From the human T2T-CHM13v2.0 reference genome, Homo sapiens, in assembly GCF_009914755.1 (NCBI RefSeq), contig NC_060925.1: a stretch of DNA of 64,000 nt, one strand, 5' to 3'. Below, one piece after another: positions 11,508 through 26,805 of the stretch. The stretch's first letter is position 1, and each line of letters starts with the position of its first letter. The notes beneath the pieces are model-generated. The model made no database searches and was not told where the DNA came from. It worked only from the letters and a program-made list of their open reading frames with translations. The position numbers and the translations under genes were made by a program.

Positions 11508-12936
11508 TGTGTCCGGAATTGGTGGGTTCTTGGTTTCACTGACTTCAAGAATGAAGCCGCGGACCCTGGCGGTGAGTGTTACAGTTCTTAAAGGCGGCGT
11601 GTCCGGAGTTTGTTCCTTCTGATGTTCAGATGTGTTCGGAGTTTCTTCCTTCTGGTGGGTTCGTGGTCTCGCTGGCTCAGGAGTGAAGCTGCAGACCTTC
11701 GCGGTGAGTGTTACAGTTCTTAAGGCTGCGCGTCTGGAGTTGATGGTTCCTCCTGGTGGGCTCCTGGTCTCGCTGGCTCAGGAGTGAAGCTGCAGATCTT
11801 CACGGTGAGTGTTACAGCTCATAAAGGCCGTGTGGACCTAAAGAGTGAGCGGTAGCAAGATTTATTGCAAAGAGGGAAGGAACAAACCTTCCACAGTGTG
11901 GAAGGGGACCTGATCGGGTTGCCACTGCTGGCTTGGGCAGCCTGCTTTTATTCTCTTATCTGGCCCCACCCACATCCTGCTGATTGGTAGAGCTGAGTGG
12001 TCTGTTTTGACAGGGCGCTGATTGGTGCGTTTACAATCCCTGAGCTAGACACAAAGATTCTCCACTTCCCCACCAGATTAGCTAGATACAGAGTGTGGAC
12101 ACAAAGGTTCTCCAAGCCCCCACCAGAGTAGCTAGATACAGAGTGTCGATTGGTGCATTCACAAACCCTCAGCTAGACACAGGGTGCTGATTGGTGTGTT
12201 TACAAACCTTGAGCTAGATACAGAGTGTCGATTGGTGTATTTACAATCCCTGAGCTAGACATAAAGGTTCTCCACGTCCCCACCAGACTCAGGAGCCCAG
12301 CTGGCTTCACCCAGTGGATCCCGCACCCGGGCTGCAGGTGGAGCTGCCTGCCAGTCCCGCGCTGTGCGCCGGCACTCCTCAGCCCTTGGGTGGTCGATGG
12401 GACTGGGCGCCGTGGAGCAGGGGGTGGCGCTGGTCGGGGAGGCTCGGCCGCACAGGAGCCCATGGAGGGGGTGGGAAGCTCAGGCATGGCGGGCTGCAGG
12501 TCCCGAGCCCTGCCCCGCGGGAAGGCAGCTAAGGCCCGGCGAGAAATCGAGCGCAGCGCGGGTGGGCTGGCACTGCTGGGGGACCCAGTACACCCTCCGC
12601 AGCCGCTGGCCTGGGTGCTAAGCCCCTCATTGCCCGGGGCCGGCAGGGCCGGCCGGCTGCTCCGAGTGCGGGGCCCGCCAAGCCCACGCCCACCCGGAAC
12701 TCCAGCTGGCCCGCAAGCGCAGCGCGCAGCCCCGGTTCCCGCTCGCCCCTCTCCCTCCACACCTCCCTGCAAGCTGAGGGAGCCGGCTCTGGCCTTGGCC
12801 AGCTCAGAAAGGGGCTCCCACAGTGCAGCGGTGGGCTGAAGGGCTCCTCAAGTGCCGCCAAAGTGGGAGTCCAGGCAGAGGAGGCGCCGAGAGCGAGCGA
12901 GGGCTGTGGGGACTGCCAGCAGTCTGTCACCTCTCA
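11508..12936 (-). mobile_element. LTR12 (HERV9/ERV9, LTR12C-like) complete solo LTR, 1429 bp
   Basis: On the - strand it starts TGAGAGGTGACAG and ends AATTCCGGACACA; perfect 4-bp TSD gtat (11504-11507, 12937-12940); CpG-rich U3, CCAAT repeats, three U5 repeats. Confidence 0.97.
11915..12240 (-). promoter_or_regulatory. LTR12 promoter/enhancer: five CCAAT (NF-Y) boxes, GATA site and AATAAA TATA-like box
   Basis: attgg at 11983, 12021, 12149, 12190, 12231; cttatc at 11955-11960; tttatt at 11947-11952; matches the known ERV9 LTR promoter layout. Confidence 0.75.
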
Positions 12937-13169
12937 GTATGAATGCCCAGTGTTTATAGTGGCAGCATCACAGAACCTTTCTTTCCCTCGCCAGGCTTTT
13001 CCCCAAGCCAAAGCCCATGCTAAAAGCCAGCCTGTTTATGCATCCCAGGGCTTCTTTTTAGTAGTTTTCAAACACGGCAGTGTGTGCCTTTTACACAATT
13101 TGGGCTTTACATTTTTAAAAAATATCTTTGGATAAAGCCTGTCAGAATTTTAAGATCTCCTCTTTTCTT

Positions 13170-13623
13170 TCTTTCTTTCTTTCTTTTTTTTTTTTTTAAC
13201 TTTTGTTTTAGTTCAAGGGTTTGTGTGCGGGTTTGTTATGCAGGTACATTGCATGGTGCGGGGATGGGATTTGGCGTACAGATTATTTTGTCACCCAGGT
13301 AATAAGCATAGTGCCTAATAGGCAGTTTTGCGATCCTCATCCACTTCCCACCCTCCATCCTCAAGTAAGCCCTGATGTCTGTTGTTCTCTTCTTTGTGTC
13401 CATGTGTACTCAATGTTTAGCTCCCACTTATAAGTCAGAACATGTGCTATTTGGTTTTCTGTTTCTGTATTAGTTGGCTTAAAAGAATGGCTTCCAGCTC
13501 TATCCATGTTGCTGCAAAGAACATGATTTAGTTTGTTTTTATGACTGTGTAGTATTCCATGGTGTATATGTACCACATTTTCTTTATCCAGTCCACCATT
13601 CATGGGCATGTAAGTTGACTCCA
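13170..13623 (-). mobile_element. L1 3' end (older L1PA/L1PB), 5'-truncated
   Basis: Reverse complement of an L1 3' UTR; near-TSD taagatctcctcttttctt (13151) / taagaccttctcttttctt (13624). Confidence 0.9.
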
Positions 13624-14139
13624 TAAGACCTTCTCTTTTCTTCTCCCAGACTCCTTCCCTTTATGCATAGAACTTACTTGAATTAGATTAAATTTATGAA
13701 AACCAGAGGAAAATCAGAGGATGAATATTGACCTTTCCATTTGATTGCTTAGTATGGCATTTAAATAACAGTGGATGGGCCCTACCATATTATTTTTGAA
13801 ATAGCTAACCACTTGACAGAAAGATTGGGCTTTGGAGAGAAATTTAACAGTAAGGTATTAAAGGGTTGTACCCCACTGAAGATCAAGTTGAAATACAAAT
13901 GAAGAGTCTCTGCAGTGTTCATTGGAAAAGCAAAGTATCTTTTTGGTCAATATTATAGCAACAGAAAACTCAGAAAATAGAAAAAAATATTGTTTATCAA
14001 CCCACTCCAACTCAAAAAATTATGATTTTTATCTGTAATATCAATAGTGAGAACAGGGTCTTCTCGTGTAACTGTTCATGACACATCCATAGAGAAAGGT
14101 CTTTATCGTATGTTTTTTTTTCTTTCTTTTTTTTTTTCT

Positions 14140-15437
14140 GACCAAATTGGATTTATCCCAGAAATGCAAGCTTGGCTTATCACAAACAAAACAAAAAACC
14201 TACTGAGACAATTCACCTAATAAATTATGAAAGAAACCCCATATGATCGTCTTAGCAGGTACCAAAAAAGCATTTGATAAGTGTCAATGCTTACTTGTGG
14301 TAAAAGCTTCTAGCAAACTAGAAATAGAAAGGAAATTTATTTACCTCATAAAGCAATCAAAACTCTATAATAATGACAAAAATACATCAAAAGCATTTTT
14401 TTAAAAAAATCAGATATAGGGGTTAAAAAAAAACCTTTCCATCAAAAAGTGGGCAAAGGATATGAACAGACATGTCTCAAAAGAAGACATTTATGCAGCC
14501 AACAGACATATGAAAAAATGCTCATCATCACTGGCTATCAGAGAAAAGCAAATCAAAACAACAATGAGATACCATCTTAACACCAGTTAGAATGGCGATC
14601 ATTAAAAGGTCAGGAAAAAACAGGTGCTGGAGAGGATGTGGAGAAATAGGAACACTTTTACATTGTTGGTGGGACTGTAAACTAGTTCAACCATTGTAGA
14701 AGACAGTGTGGCAATTCCTCAAGGATCTAGTACTAGAAATACCATTTGACCCAGCCATCCCATTACTGGGCATATACCCAAAGGATTATAAATCATGCTG
14801 CTATAAAGACACATGGACACATATGTTTATAGCGGCACTATTCACAATAGCAAAGACTTGGAACCAATCCAAATGTCCATCAATGATAGACTGGATTAAG
14901 AAAATGTGGCACATATACACCATGGAATACTATGCAGCCATAAAAAAGGATGAGTTCATGTCCTTTGTAGGGACATGGATGAAGCTAGAAACCATCATTC
15001 TGAGCAAACTATTGCAAGGACAGAAAACCAAACACTGCATGTTCTCACTCATAGGTGGGAATTGAACAATGAGAACACTTGGACACAGGGTGGGAAACAT
15101 CACCCACCAGGGCCTTTCCTGGGGTGGGTGGAGGAGGGATAGCATTAGGAGATATACCTAATGTAAATGACGAGTTAATGGGTGCAGCACACCAACATGG
15201 CACATGTATACATATGTAACAAACCTGCACGTTGTGCACATGTACCCTAGAACTTATAACAATAACTTAGAAGTATAACAATAATAATTAAAAAAAGAAA
15301 AAAAAGCCTTTATAAATCACAGTTGATACAATTCTTTACATAGAAAATCCAAAAGAATTTACATTCAAATTACTAGAACAAGTAAGGGCTTGGCAATGTT
15401 GGTGGATATAAGATCAATATATAAAAACTAACTTCAA
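14140..15437 (+). mobile_element. Ancient L1M ORF2 fragment interrupted by a younger L1PA
   Basis: RT-region remnants (accaaattggatttatcccagaaatgcaag; aaagcatttgataa; tacatagaaaatccaaaagaa...ggatataagatcaat) on both sides of the L1PA. Confidence 0.65.
14439..15305 (+). mobile_element. L1PA (about L1PA4-6) 3' end, 5'-truncated
   Basis: ORF2 C-terminus (WQFLKDL..EIPFDPAIPLLGIYPK...MFSLIGGN*), L1PA 3' UTR, A tail, approximate TSD aaaaaa(a/g)ccttt. Confidence 0.95.
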
Positions 15438-15760
<323 letters not shown>

Positions 15761-16969
15761 TTACCACATGGTCTATTGAGATAGCTGTTTACCAGGGTTT
15801 CCTCTGACCTTTGTTTATTGTTACTTTTTTAATGTCTGAAAAAGATGAACATTTTAAAGAAGTCTTTGCTTTCTGGTTTTCTGCATTAAATTCCCACTTT
15901 AACTGGTTTCTCGTGTCCAAAATAAAATAAAACTGATTAAGGTAAATAAGCCAGGGATTTTTTTTTTTTTAAAGATTGGTCTGCTTTGATACCATATCCA
16001 TTTCACAAGTAATTGATAATCAATGAATGGTGGTCATAATCTTCGAATGGTGGTAATCTATGAATGATGATCTATGAATGGTGATGGGTCAGGAAGAGCT
16101 GAGAGATGATCAGTGAGGAAAGAAACAAAACAAAAAACAAGGCGGGAAAGAGGAGCACTGAGCAGATGGGAAGAGGAGACACGATGTGGGTAAGAAAGGA
16201 ATGCAAGGTTGGGGTGAGATATGCCTATCCCAAATAAAGGAGCATTTGCTCTGTTCCAGTTTCAGCTCAAGAACTGGAAGTTTGATTGTCTTGTGGAGAA
16301 CTGCTAATTGCAGACTGGGAAGGGAAGACGTTGGACCTCAATCTAATAGCTATTTCCTGTTAAGGCCCTTATTTTACCACTACAGACACATGGAGGCCAC
16401 TACATCACTCTCCTTGGATTTCTTTCTACTCTCATCTATTTTCCGGGCACAGAAAAAAAACCCTCAGCTTATTTAAAGAGGTTAGCTTTGAACTGAAAAT
16501 CAGATTAATTCAACCCAAACTCTAACCTAATAGTTTTAGCTTCTGCCACCACATTTTTGACCAGTGATGTTTTCCAGTATTGACTTGGACTAGTTTAGAT
16601 TCTTCCACCCTAGTACTACTTAATTTTCTAAAAGAAGTTTCTCTATTACCCTCTTCATTCAGTCTTTATTCTATTCAATTTTCCATAGTCTAGGAAACAA
16701 CTAGGAGGAAAGTCAGAAGATGCAGATAATCCCTAAAGGACTGAGTAAAATGACCTGTAATCACCTTAAAATAGAATGTATTATTTCTGTCTTTAACCTT
16801 CAAAGGCTTCCTCATCTAATTTTCCTATTTCCATATCCCTTCTCTGCTACTTTTCTGGGCAGAATTCTTCTGAATTACCTTTGATTTCTCTCTTCTATCT
16901 CCACAACCTGCTTTACAATTACATTATTCCTTATTTAAATGTTGAGAGATATATTTTGTATCAAAGCTT

Positions 16970-17497
16970 ATGTAAGTGACTGCTAGTTGTTCCCAATAGT
17001 TACTCTTCCTCCTCCTCCCTTCTCCTCCCCCTTCTCCCTCCTCCCTCCTCCCTCCTTCCTCCTCCTCCTCCTTCTTCTTCTTCTTCCCCCTTCATCAGCA
17101 GAACTCCACTTTCTGTCTGAGCATATTACTGCCTTTATTAAAAATTTTTATCGGCCTCATTTGCCGATACGTAGGCTCACGTGATTAAGTTCTGACCAAT
17201 AATATATAAGCAAAATTGTCTTTTGAGACTCCTGGGAAATCTTAAAGAGAGGGGACATGGCTTTCTTCTGTTTGTCATCCTTTGTGCTTCTAATATATGG
17301 ATATGGTGACTAGAACTCCGACTTAGGCCAGGAGAAAGAGAGCTACACTCTATATGTGGGAGAGCAGAGAAATAGGAGGGTGGATCCCAGGTGGCTTTGT
17401 GGAGCCCTGGACCTTCTAACTGTGGACTAAATTGCTTTCTTGTTTGAAGACTATTTTGTTTTCTTTTCAGAAGCCAAAACTAATCCTCACTAATACA
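16970..17497 (+). mobile_element. Old MaLR LTR (MLT1I/J-like) containing a CT-rich tract at 17003-17092
   Basis: gtgattaagttctgaccaat...; ends agccaaaactaatcctcactaataca. Confidence 0.6.
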
Positions 17498-18269
17498 AAG
17501 ATTCATAATTCCTTAAGTGATGCTGAAAACTAACATCTTCATGTGATTGCAGCAGTTACCTATGAGATCCATTCCATGGAAATTGAACATTCATTAGAAA
17601 ATAAAGCTAGAGGCAGGGAAGGCAAATTTCATATAAAAGTTGGACTCTAGACTTGATAACTTTCTGTGTACCCACTTTTCCCTTCTCTGAGAAACTCCTC
17701 TCAGTTTATTCTCTGCAGCCTGGAGGGCTACAGTCATTCAGGAACCGGCTCTTGTGTCAACAGGGTGGTGGCTCAGCTATGAAGGCCATCTGAATGTAAC
17801 ATTTGGACCCTGGTTCTCTGCTGCTGTCTGTTCTGCTCCCTTTTATCTTTCCCTTGGCCTGGACCCTGTGACTCATCTGTTCCTGACCAGGCTGACTTAT
17901 TTGTTGTTGAACCCAAGTATGGCTTTGACTTTCTACCAAAGAAAGCAGACTAACTAAAAACAAAACTTCTCTGCGTACATATTCATTGTAGGCAAATTAA
18001 AATTTTTTTTAAAATGTGGGAATAAAAGAATTCACATATTATTCCAACATTTAGTCATGACTCAAACACCTGTTTAATCTCTTTATTCTATATATTGATA
18101 TTTTAAATATGAATTCTCCTTTTAATTTTTATTGTGCAAGTAATGAGTGTTCAACAGGGAAAATTTGGGAAATATAGAAAAATAAACACAAAAAGTGGTC
18201 TCATCATTTATCATTAAGAGATGGCCTCATTTTCCCTCCACTCTTCACCCCCCTCCTCCAATTGACTAA

Positions 18270-18545
18270 ATGGCCATTCTGTCCACTCTGTGTCTTAAGC
18301 TAGGAATCTAGAAGACATCATTGGTTGCTTTTCTGCCTTATATCCCATATACAAGCAATCACTAAAGATTGTTGATTCTATTCTCTAAAAATCTCTTTAT
18401 TCCATTTTCATGACCATTGACACCACCCTAGTACAAGCCACCTGAATTGCTCACCACATCAGCTTTTTAACGGGTCTGCCTGTATCCCTTGGCTTGCTGT
18501 CGTCTTGCATGCCCTCTCTCCCCCATCTAACCAGCTCCATCCATT
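18270..18545 (+). mobile_element. L2 fragment
   Basis: aagctaggaatctagaagacatc...ccaccctagtacaagccacc. Confidence 0.6.
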
Positions 18546-18548
18546 CTT

Positions 18549-19172
<624 letters not shown>

Positions 19173-20765
19173 TAGTCCAAGACCAATGTACACCTGGTGG
19201 CAGTTACTTAAGTTTCAGACATGCTATAAAACACAGCAAGCATCACTACTTGCATTATTCATTCTCTATTTACCATGCATTGGCTTAAATTTGTATTGCT
19301 TATCCTGTCACATCCATTGTCGCTAAATAGAACATACCCTAAAATTTTCTGTAGATTTGGTCATCCCTAGCACACTACCCTGCATGGAGAAAGCTTTAAT
19401 AAATAGTTATTGATCACTCTATAGCTGAACAATTAATTTTGAAGAACTGAACCATAATTGCTCAAAGTCTAGATATAGATTTTTTTTTCCAATTGGAAAA
19501 TCAAGAATGTAATTGTGGTCTTAGATTTTTATAAAAAGAAGAAAACTCCAGAGTTACGTGAGTTTTATTTTTAAAGCAGCAGTAAACATGATCACCTCTC
19601 AAAACACTATATTTTACTTAAACCTTAGAACAAACACTTACTGTAACCTAATTAGATGGTTTATGCTTCCCTAATCTACTCATTTCTATTCCTGCATTTA
19701 AACTATTTCTAACATTCCTTGGACTCTTCCTGATTCCAAGTCCTACCTAATCCCGTAACACCCAATGTAAGTCTTGCTTTTTTGGTATAGCCTTCTGCAA
19801 CCACCTCCTTGGTTATCACTTCCTCCTGGGATGATACAGTGGCCTCCCATTTGGTTTTCAGTTTAAGCACAACAGTGTAACAGATGCTGTATTTCTCTGT
19901 ATATTTCTACCTCCTCATCATTTCTTTGGGGAGAGTGTCCTACATGTTTTTATACTCCCAGTTCAAGTGTGGGGACCAGTCTATAAATATTTACTGATGA
20001 TTATTACCTGGATGACAGTTGCTTCTCTCTTTTACCTGGACACAAGAAGCATGAGAAATTGACAAAGATGTACTGACTTCCCAGTCTTAGCCCTGGCTGG
20101 TAGCAAGAGCTACCTTACAGGATTTGTTTTTGTTAAAGCCAGACTAAATACATCTTAAACAACCACGTCTTTTTCCATAGCTGCCTCAATTGATGGATTG
20201 GGCGAACATCTCACAGAAAATTCTCATGTGATTAATCTTGTCCCAGAATCCACAGAGTTATTCTCATTATCTCTTGGATAGAGAGAAAGGTACACAGACA
20301 AGCACTTTCCTTCCACTTGTTAGCCATTGTTTACTTGCCATTTACTTATTTGCAAATAAGTAAACCACTTGTTTACTTGCCATTCAAAACAACTAATTCT
20401 CACCTTTTCTTTCAGATAAGTTCAAACAGTATATAGTTCAAGGATCGAATCACAGAAAGGTCAATAAATTGATGCCCGGGGAGTTGCATGTATTTCATCT
20501 TTTCTCTTTTAATAAGACTACCTTATATGACTTTGCAAGTACAATAGGACCTAATGTATCCATTCCTTATAAATATTGGATTTGTGAAAATGTGTGATAC
20601 ACTGTAGACAGATTACCATCTGTCTTTGCATTATCTGGGAAGAACATGTTTTCCAAATGAATTAAAAATGATAAATAAGATCAAGAGGAATTCTTATCAC
20701 ATTAACTTTTAAAGTTTATTTTTATTTTTTAAGATTCCATCTTTGCTTTAAATTTTTTTCCTAAG

Positions 20766-21056
20766 CTAGGCATGGTGGCTCGTGCCTGTAATCCAGGACT
20801 CTGGGAGGCCAAGATGGGAGAATTGCTTGAGGCCAGAACCTCGAGACCATCCTGGGAAACATAGTGAGACCCCTACCTCTAAAAAAAATTTAACTGGGCC
20901 TGGTGGTACACACCTGTAGTCTCAGCTACTCAGAAGGCTGAGGTGGGAGGGTTGCTTGAGCCCAGGAGTTCGAGGCTGCACTGAGCTCTGAGAATGTGCC
21001 ATTTGCACTCCAGTTAGGAGACAGAATGAGACCCTGTCTAAAAGAAAAAAAAAAAG
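20766..21056 (+). mobile_element. AluJ
   Basis: J-type diagnostics (ttgcttgagcccaggagttcgaggctgca), poly-A tail. Confidence 0.9.
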
Positions 21057-21069
21057 GTTTCCTCTTTCA

Positions 21070-22763
<1,694 letters not shown>

Positions 22764-23349
22764 CACTTACCAGCTTGATGCTAATACTGTACCTCAAGAC
22801 TTAAAAATAATCCAAAAATTACCATTTCCAGCAAGTAAAAATTGCTATTGTTCTGTGTTGCCCTGTCCCGACACCCTAGAGAGAGAGGATGACTTGGAAC
22901 AGTAATATCCAAGTCAGCCCCACTCTTGTGACATTTCCAAATCACAGGAGGGAGCAGCACAGGCCACTGAAATTCATCACCCCCAGGAAGCGGATGACCC
23001 TGGGCCTTTCTTAGCCCTGCCAGGGGGAGGAGTAGCCCCAGGGAGAGCCATAGAATTGACTTAAATATTCCTTTCAATGTGGCTCAGCATGAGCGTGAAT
23101 GGATTTCAAGGATAGAAACTTTGGCTTGAACTTGGCTATTCTGAGGTCAGAAGAAAATTTCTCCCTTGAGAAATCTGTGCTCTGTGCTCAGAGGTGGTAT
23201 TTGTGGCTCTTAAACATTTGATAGCTACTTTTGCTCCTCCATCAGATTCCCCCCCCCATTGTGGGCTGGTAAGCATGAATTCATTCACAGTAAGTTTAAT
23301 AGAATTTACTAAGTGAAGGCACAGCTGAGTTACAGAAAGGAGAAAATGC

Positions 23350-23565
23350 AACGTTTATTAAGTGTCTTCTATGTGATACAAGAGCTGGGGGCTTTCTTGA
23401 CAGTAATTCTGTGAAGTAATGGTTTGATCTCTATTTTGCAGATGATGGAACTGAAGCTCTTTGAGTTAATTAACTGAAAGCCATCCCTCTAGTCAAGGAC
23501 AGACATGTTCCTTAATTCGGGCCTGTGCTTCTTTAAATCCCGCATTCTGCCCACTATATCATACT
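23350..23565 (-). mobile_element. MIR
   Basis: ctattttgcagatgatggaactgaagctc...gagttaattaact, the MIR core in reverse. Confidence 0.65.
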
Positions 23566-23700
23566 TGTGCATGTTGACAGGGAAAATAATTGGCTTTAAC
23601 AATTTTTGAACGTTCTTCGAGTCAGAAAATTATTTGGAATACTGAAGAAAAGAAAAAACATGGGCATTGTGTTAGAGATCCACAATCTAATGGCCCACCC

Positions 23701-24700
23701 ATTTTTCTAAATAAATTTCACTTTTTTGGAACAGTTTTAGACTTACAGAAAAATTGAGAAACTGGAACAAAGAATTCCCACATACCCTACGGCACAGCCA
23801 GTTTCGCCTATTGTTAACATCTTATATTAGCATGACACATTTGTTAAAGTTAATGAGCTACTCTTGATACATTTTTATTAACTAAAATCCATAGTTTTCC
23901 CAGATTTCCTTGGATTTTTACCTAACATCCCTTTTCTGCTCCGGCATCCCATCCAGGACACCATGTTACATTTAGTCATGATCGCTTCTTAGGCTCCTCT
24001 TGGCAGTGACAGTTTCTCAGACTTTCCTTGTTTTTGATGACTTTGACAGTTTGACAGTTTTGAGGATTGTTGGTCAGGCATTTTGTAGGACATCTCTTTA
24101 CTGAAATTTACCTGATTTTTTTTTTCATGATTTGAATGGGTTTATAGATTTCTGGGAAGAAGATCACAGAGGTAAAGTGACATTTTCATCCCATGATACC
24201 AAGGGCACATACTATCAACATGACTCATGACTGTTGATATTGACATTGATCACCTGGCTAAGGTAGTGCTTGTTAGGTTTCTCCATTGTAAAGCTGCTTC
24301 CCCGGCCCCTTTCCGTAGCTTGCTCTTTGGAAGGAAGTCAGTATGTGCAGCCCACACTTAAGGAGTGGAGAATTTTGTTCTTGCTCCTCCAGGGTGAGGT
24401 ATCTAAATAAATTATTTGGAATTCTTCCGCATGGGAGACTTTTCTCTCTCATTTATTAATGCGTTCAATTATTTATTTATATTATTGTGGAACGATGGGT
24501 ATTTCTTTCATCCTTTAGATTTTAATCCAGTACCATTTTATTTTTTGCTTACATGATTCCAGCTTTGGACACTGGGAGCTCTTTCAGTTGGTCCCCGTGT
24601 CTCTTTAACAAACCCTTTATCCATGCCTTTTTTTTTCTTTGAGCACTTCCTTATTTTCTGGAACTTGTTTCTTGTTCCAGGCTCATCTTGTATATTTTCT
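23701..24700 (-). mobile_element. L1MC (L1MC4/5-like) 3' end
   Basis: ttttagacttacagaaaa...ttgttaacatctta...; tgatcacctggctaaggtagtg...ggtttctccattgtaaag. Confidence 0.8.
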
Positions 24701-24728
24701 GTACCTCTTATTGTAATTCTATAGTTTC

Positions 24729-24785
24729 ATATATATATATATACACACATACATATATATATACACATACACACACATATATATA
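24729..24785. repeat. (TA)n/(CA)n compound microsatellite
   Basis: Read directly from the sequence. Confidence 0.9.
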
Positions 24786-25547
24786 AATAACAACAGAAAA
24801 AAAGAATTTGTGCTTTAGGAAAAGCATCATGATGTGGAATCTCCTCACCCGCTAGTTCTACTTTTAGAAACAGTTTAGTAAGTCAACTGCTCTTTAGGAG
24901 TTTCAGAGATGGAAAGAGTGACAGACTTTTAACTGTGCAGTGTCTGACTGACAACACTGAGTTTTTTCTTTGCCTATGGACATATTTTTTAATACTCATA
25001 AGAAGAAAAAAACATCGGCTTGCAGCTCTTTTGATTTCCTCTGAGGGTTCCCCCTCTCTTCCTCCTTCATTGGCTGAAGAAGCACAGATGAATGTGAATG
25101 CTTATTAAATAATCACTTGTTACAAATAGCTGATTAGGATTTGGGCTATGTCAACAATTGTTGCTTGCCAGGCTTTTGGCAGAGTTCTGATCACGTTAGG
25201 TTTTAGATAATCAATTTATTCTAATACAAACCATATTGGACGGTGGAGCTTTTATGCCTTTTTATTTCCTTTAAACAGCCTTCGGAAGCAAATGCTTATT
25301 ATTTTGAAATGCAGCCAAATTCTGGTCACCACAGGAGTCCACTGTTAAGATGAAGCTCCTAACACATTAGATATTTTCTTGGCTTAGGCAGAAACACTTA
25401 AAACATTGGACAGAAAAATGATGTTTTTGATTTCCCTTCCTATCTTCAGATTATTGGAGTTTCATTAGAAAACTGATAGTAACCTTTTATTTGATGAAAC
25501 TCTGTCTATAATTAAACCTTCCTCTTCCTGCTTTATTTTGCCTACAG

Positions 25548-26249
25548 TTTAGGTAAATAAAAGATGCCCAAGAATTCAGTATTCAAGTACAGTAAAAAGT
25601 AGCAACCATGGGGTAGGGACAAGTCCAGAAAAAGGGAGGAGGTGGGGGGGTTTTCTGGGAAGATGTCAAATAAAAATTGACAACCAGAATGCAGTGAATT
25701 AGAAGGGTGATTGTGCTGAGACGCTGAGCACTGAGCGTAGAAGTTGTTTAGGGCCCTCCATGGGACGGAGGTCTATAACAAAACCATGTTCTAAAGGTCA
25801 CTTAAGGATAATGTCAACAAGACAAATATTTTGAGATTTATGGGGTAGTAGAAGAACGACAGGACTTCAGATAAGCACCTGTGGATAAGGGTCAGAGGCA
25901 TCTAAAGTTTAAGCAAAGATGACAAACTGAAATACCTGCAAGGAGTAGAGGTGACTTACATGCAGAGATACTATTGATAACATCTAACAGCTGATGAGGC
26001 ACCAACACTTCCCAATCAGAAACCGGGCCAATGGGTTCCCTGTGCCACTAGAATTTCTTCTTTATCTGCTGAATGTTAGGAGAGTCTGGAGGGTGCTCAG
26101 AGGTTGGGTCTGGAACAGTTGGCAAAGCAGAGGTACATTTGGAGAGATACATTTAGGTAAACAAAAGATACCCAAGAATTCAGTATTCAAATACAGTAAA
26201 AAGTGGCAATCATGGGGTAGGGAAAAGTCCAGAGAAAGGGAGGAGGCGG
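25548..26249 (+). repeat. 98-bp direct repeat pair (25548-25645 and 26152-26249)
   Basis: Ungapped alignment with 8 mismatches in 98 nt, offset 604 bp. Confidence 0.95.
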
Positions 26250-26278
26250 TGTTTCATTGTAGTACAATGCTGAATTAC

Positions 26279-26805
26279 TGTATTAGTAGGGTTCTCTAGA
26301 GGGACAGAACTAATAGGATAGATGTATAATATATATGAAGCGGAATTTATTAAGGAATATTGACTCATACGATCACAAGGAGAAGTCCCACAATAGGCCA
26401 TCTGCAAGATGAGGAGCAAGAAAGCCAGTCTGAGTCCCAAAACCTCAAAAGTAAGGAGGCTGACAATGCACCCTTCAGTCTGTGGCCGAACACCGGAGAG
26501 TCCCTTGCAAACCACTGGTGTAAGCCCAAGAGTCCAAAAGTTAAAGAACTTGGAGCCTGATGTTCGAGGGCAGAAAGCATTCAGCACGGGAGAAAGATGA
26601 AGACTGGAAGACTCAGCAAGTGGGCTTCTCTCACCTTCTGTCTGCTTTATTTTAGCAGTGCTGGAATTGATTAGGTGAGTCTGCCTCTTCCAGTCCACTG
26701 ACTCAAATGTTAATCTCCTTTGGCAACACCCTCACAGACATATCCAGGAACAATACTTCGCATCCTTCGATCCAATCAAGTTGACGCTTAATATGAACCA
26801 TCACA
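26279..26805 (-). mobile_element. MLT2A (HERV-L) solo LTR
   Basis: tgtattagtagggttctctagagggacagaac...caatcaagttgacgcttaatatgaaccatcaca; 5-bp TSD attac/tttac. Confidence 0.92.

Noticed and set aside
12200-12930. Long overlapping ORFs (190, 204, 133 aa) and a CpG-island-like signal
   Set aside because: All lie within the GC-rich U3 of LTR12, where stop codons are scarce
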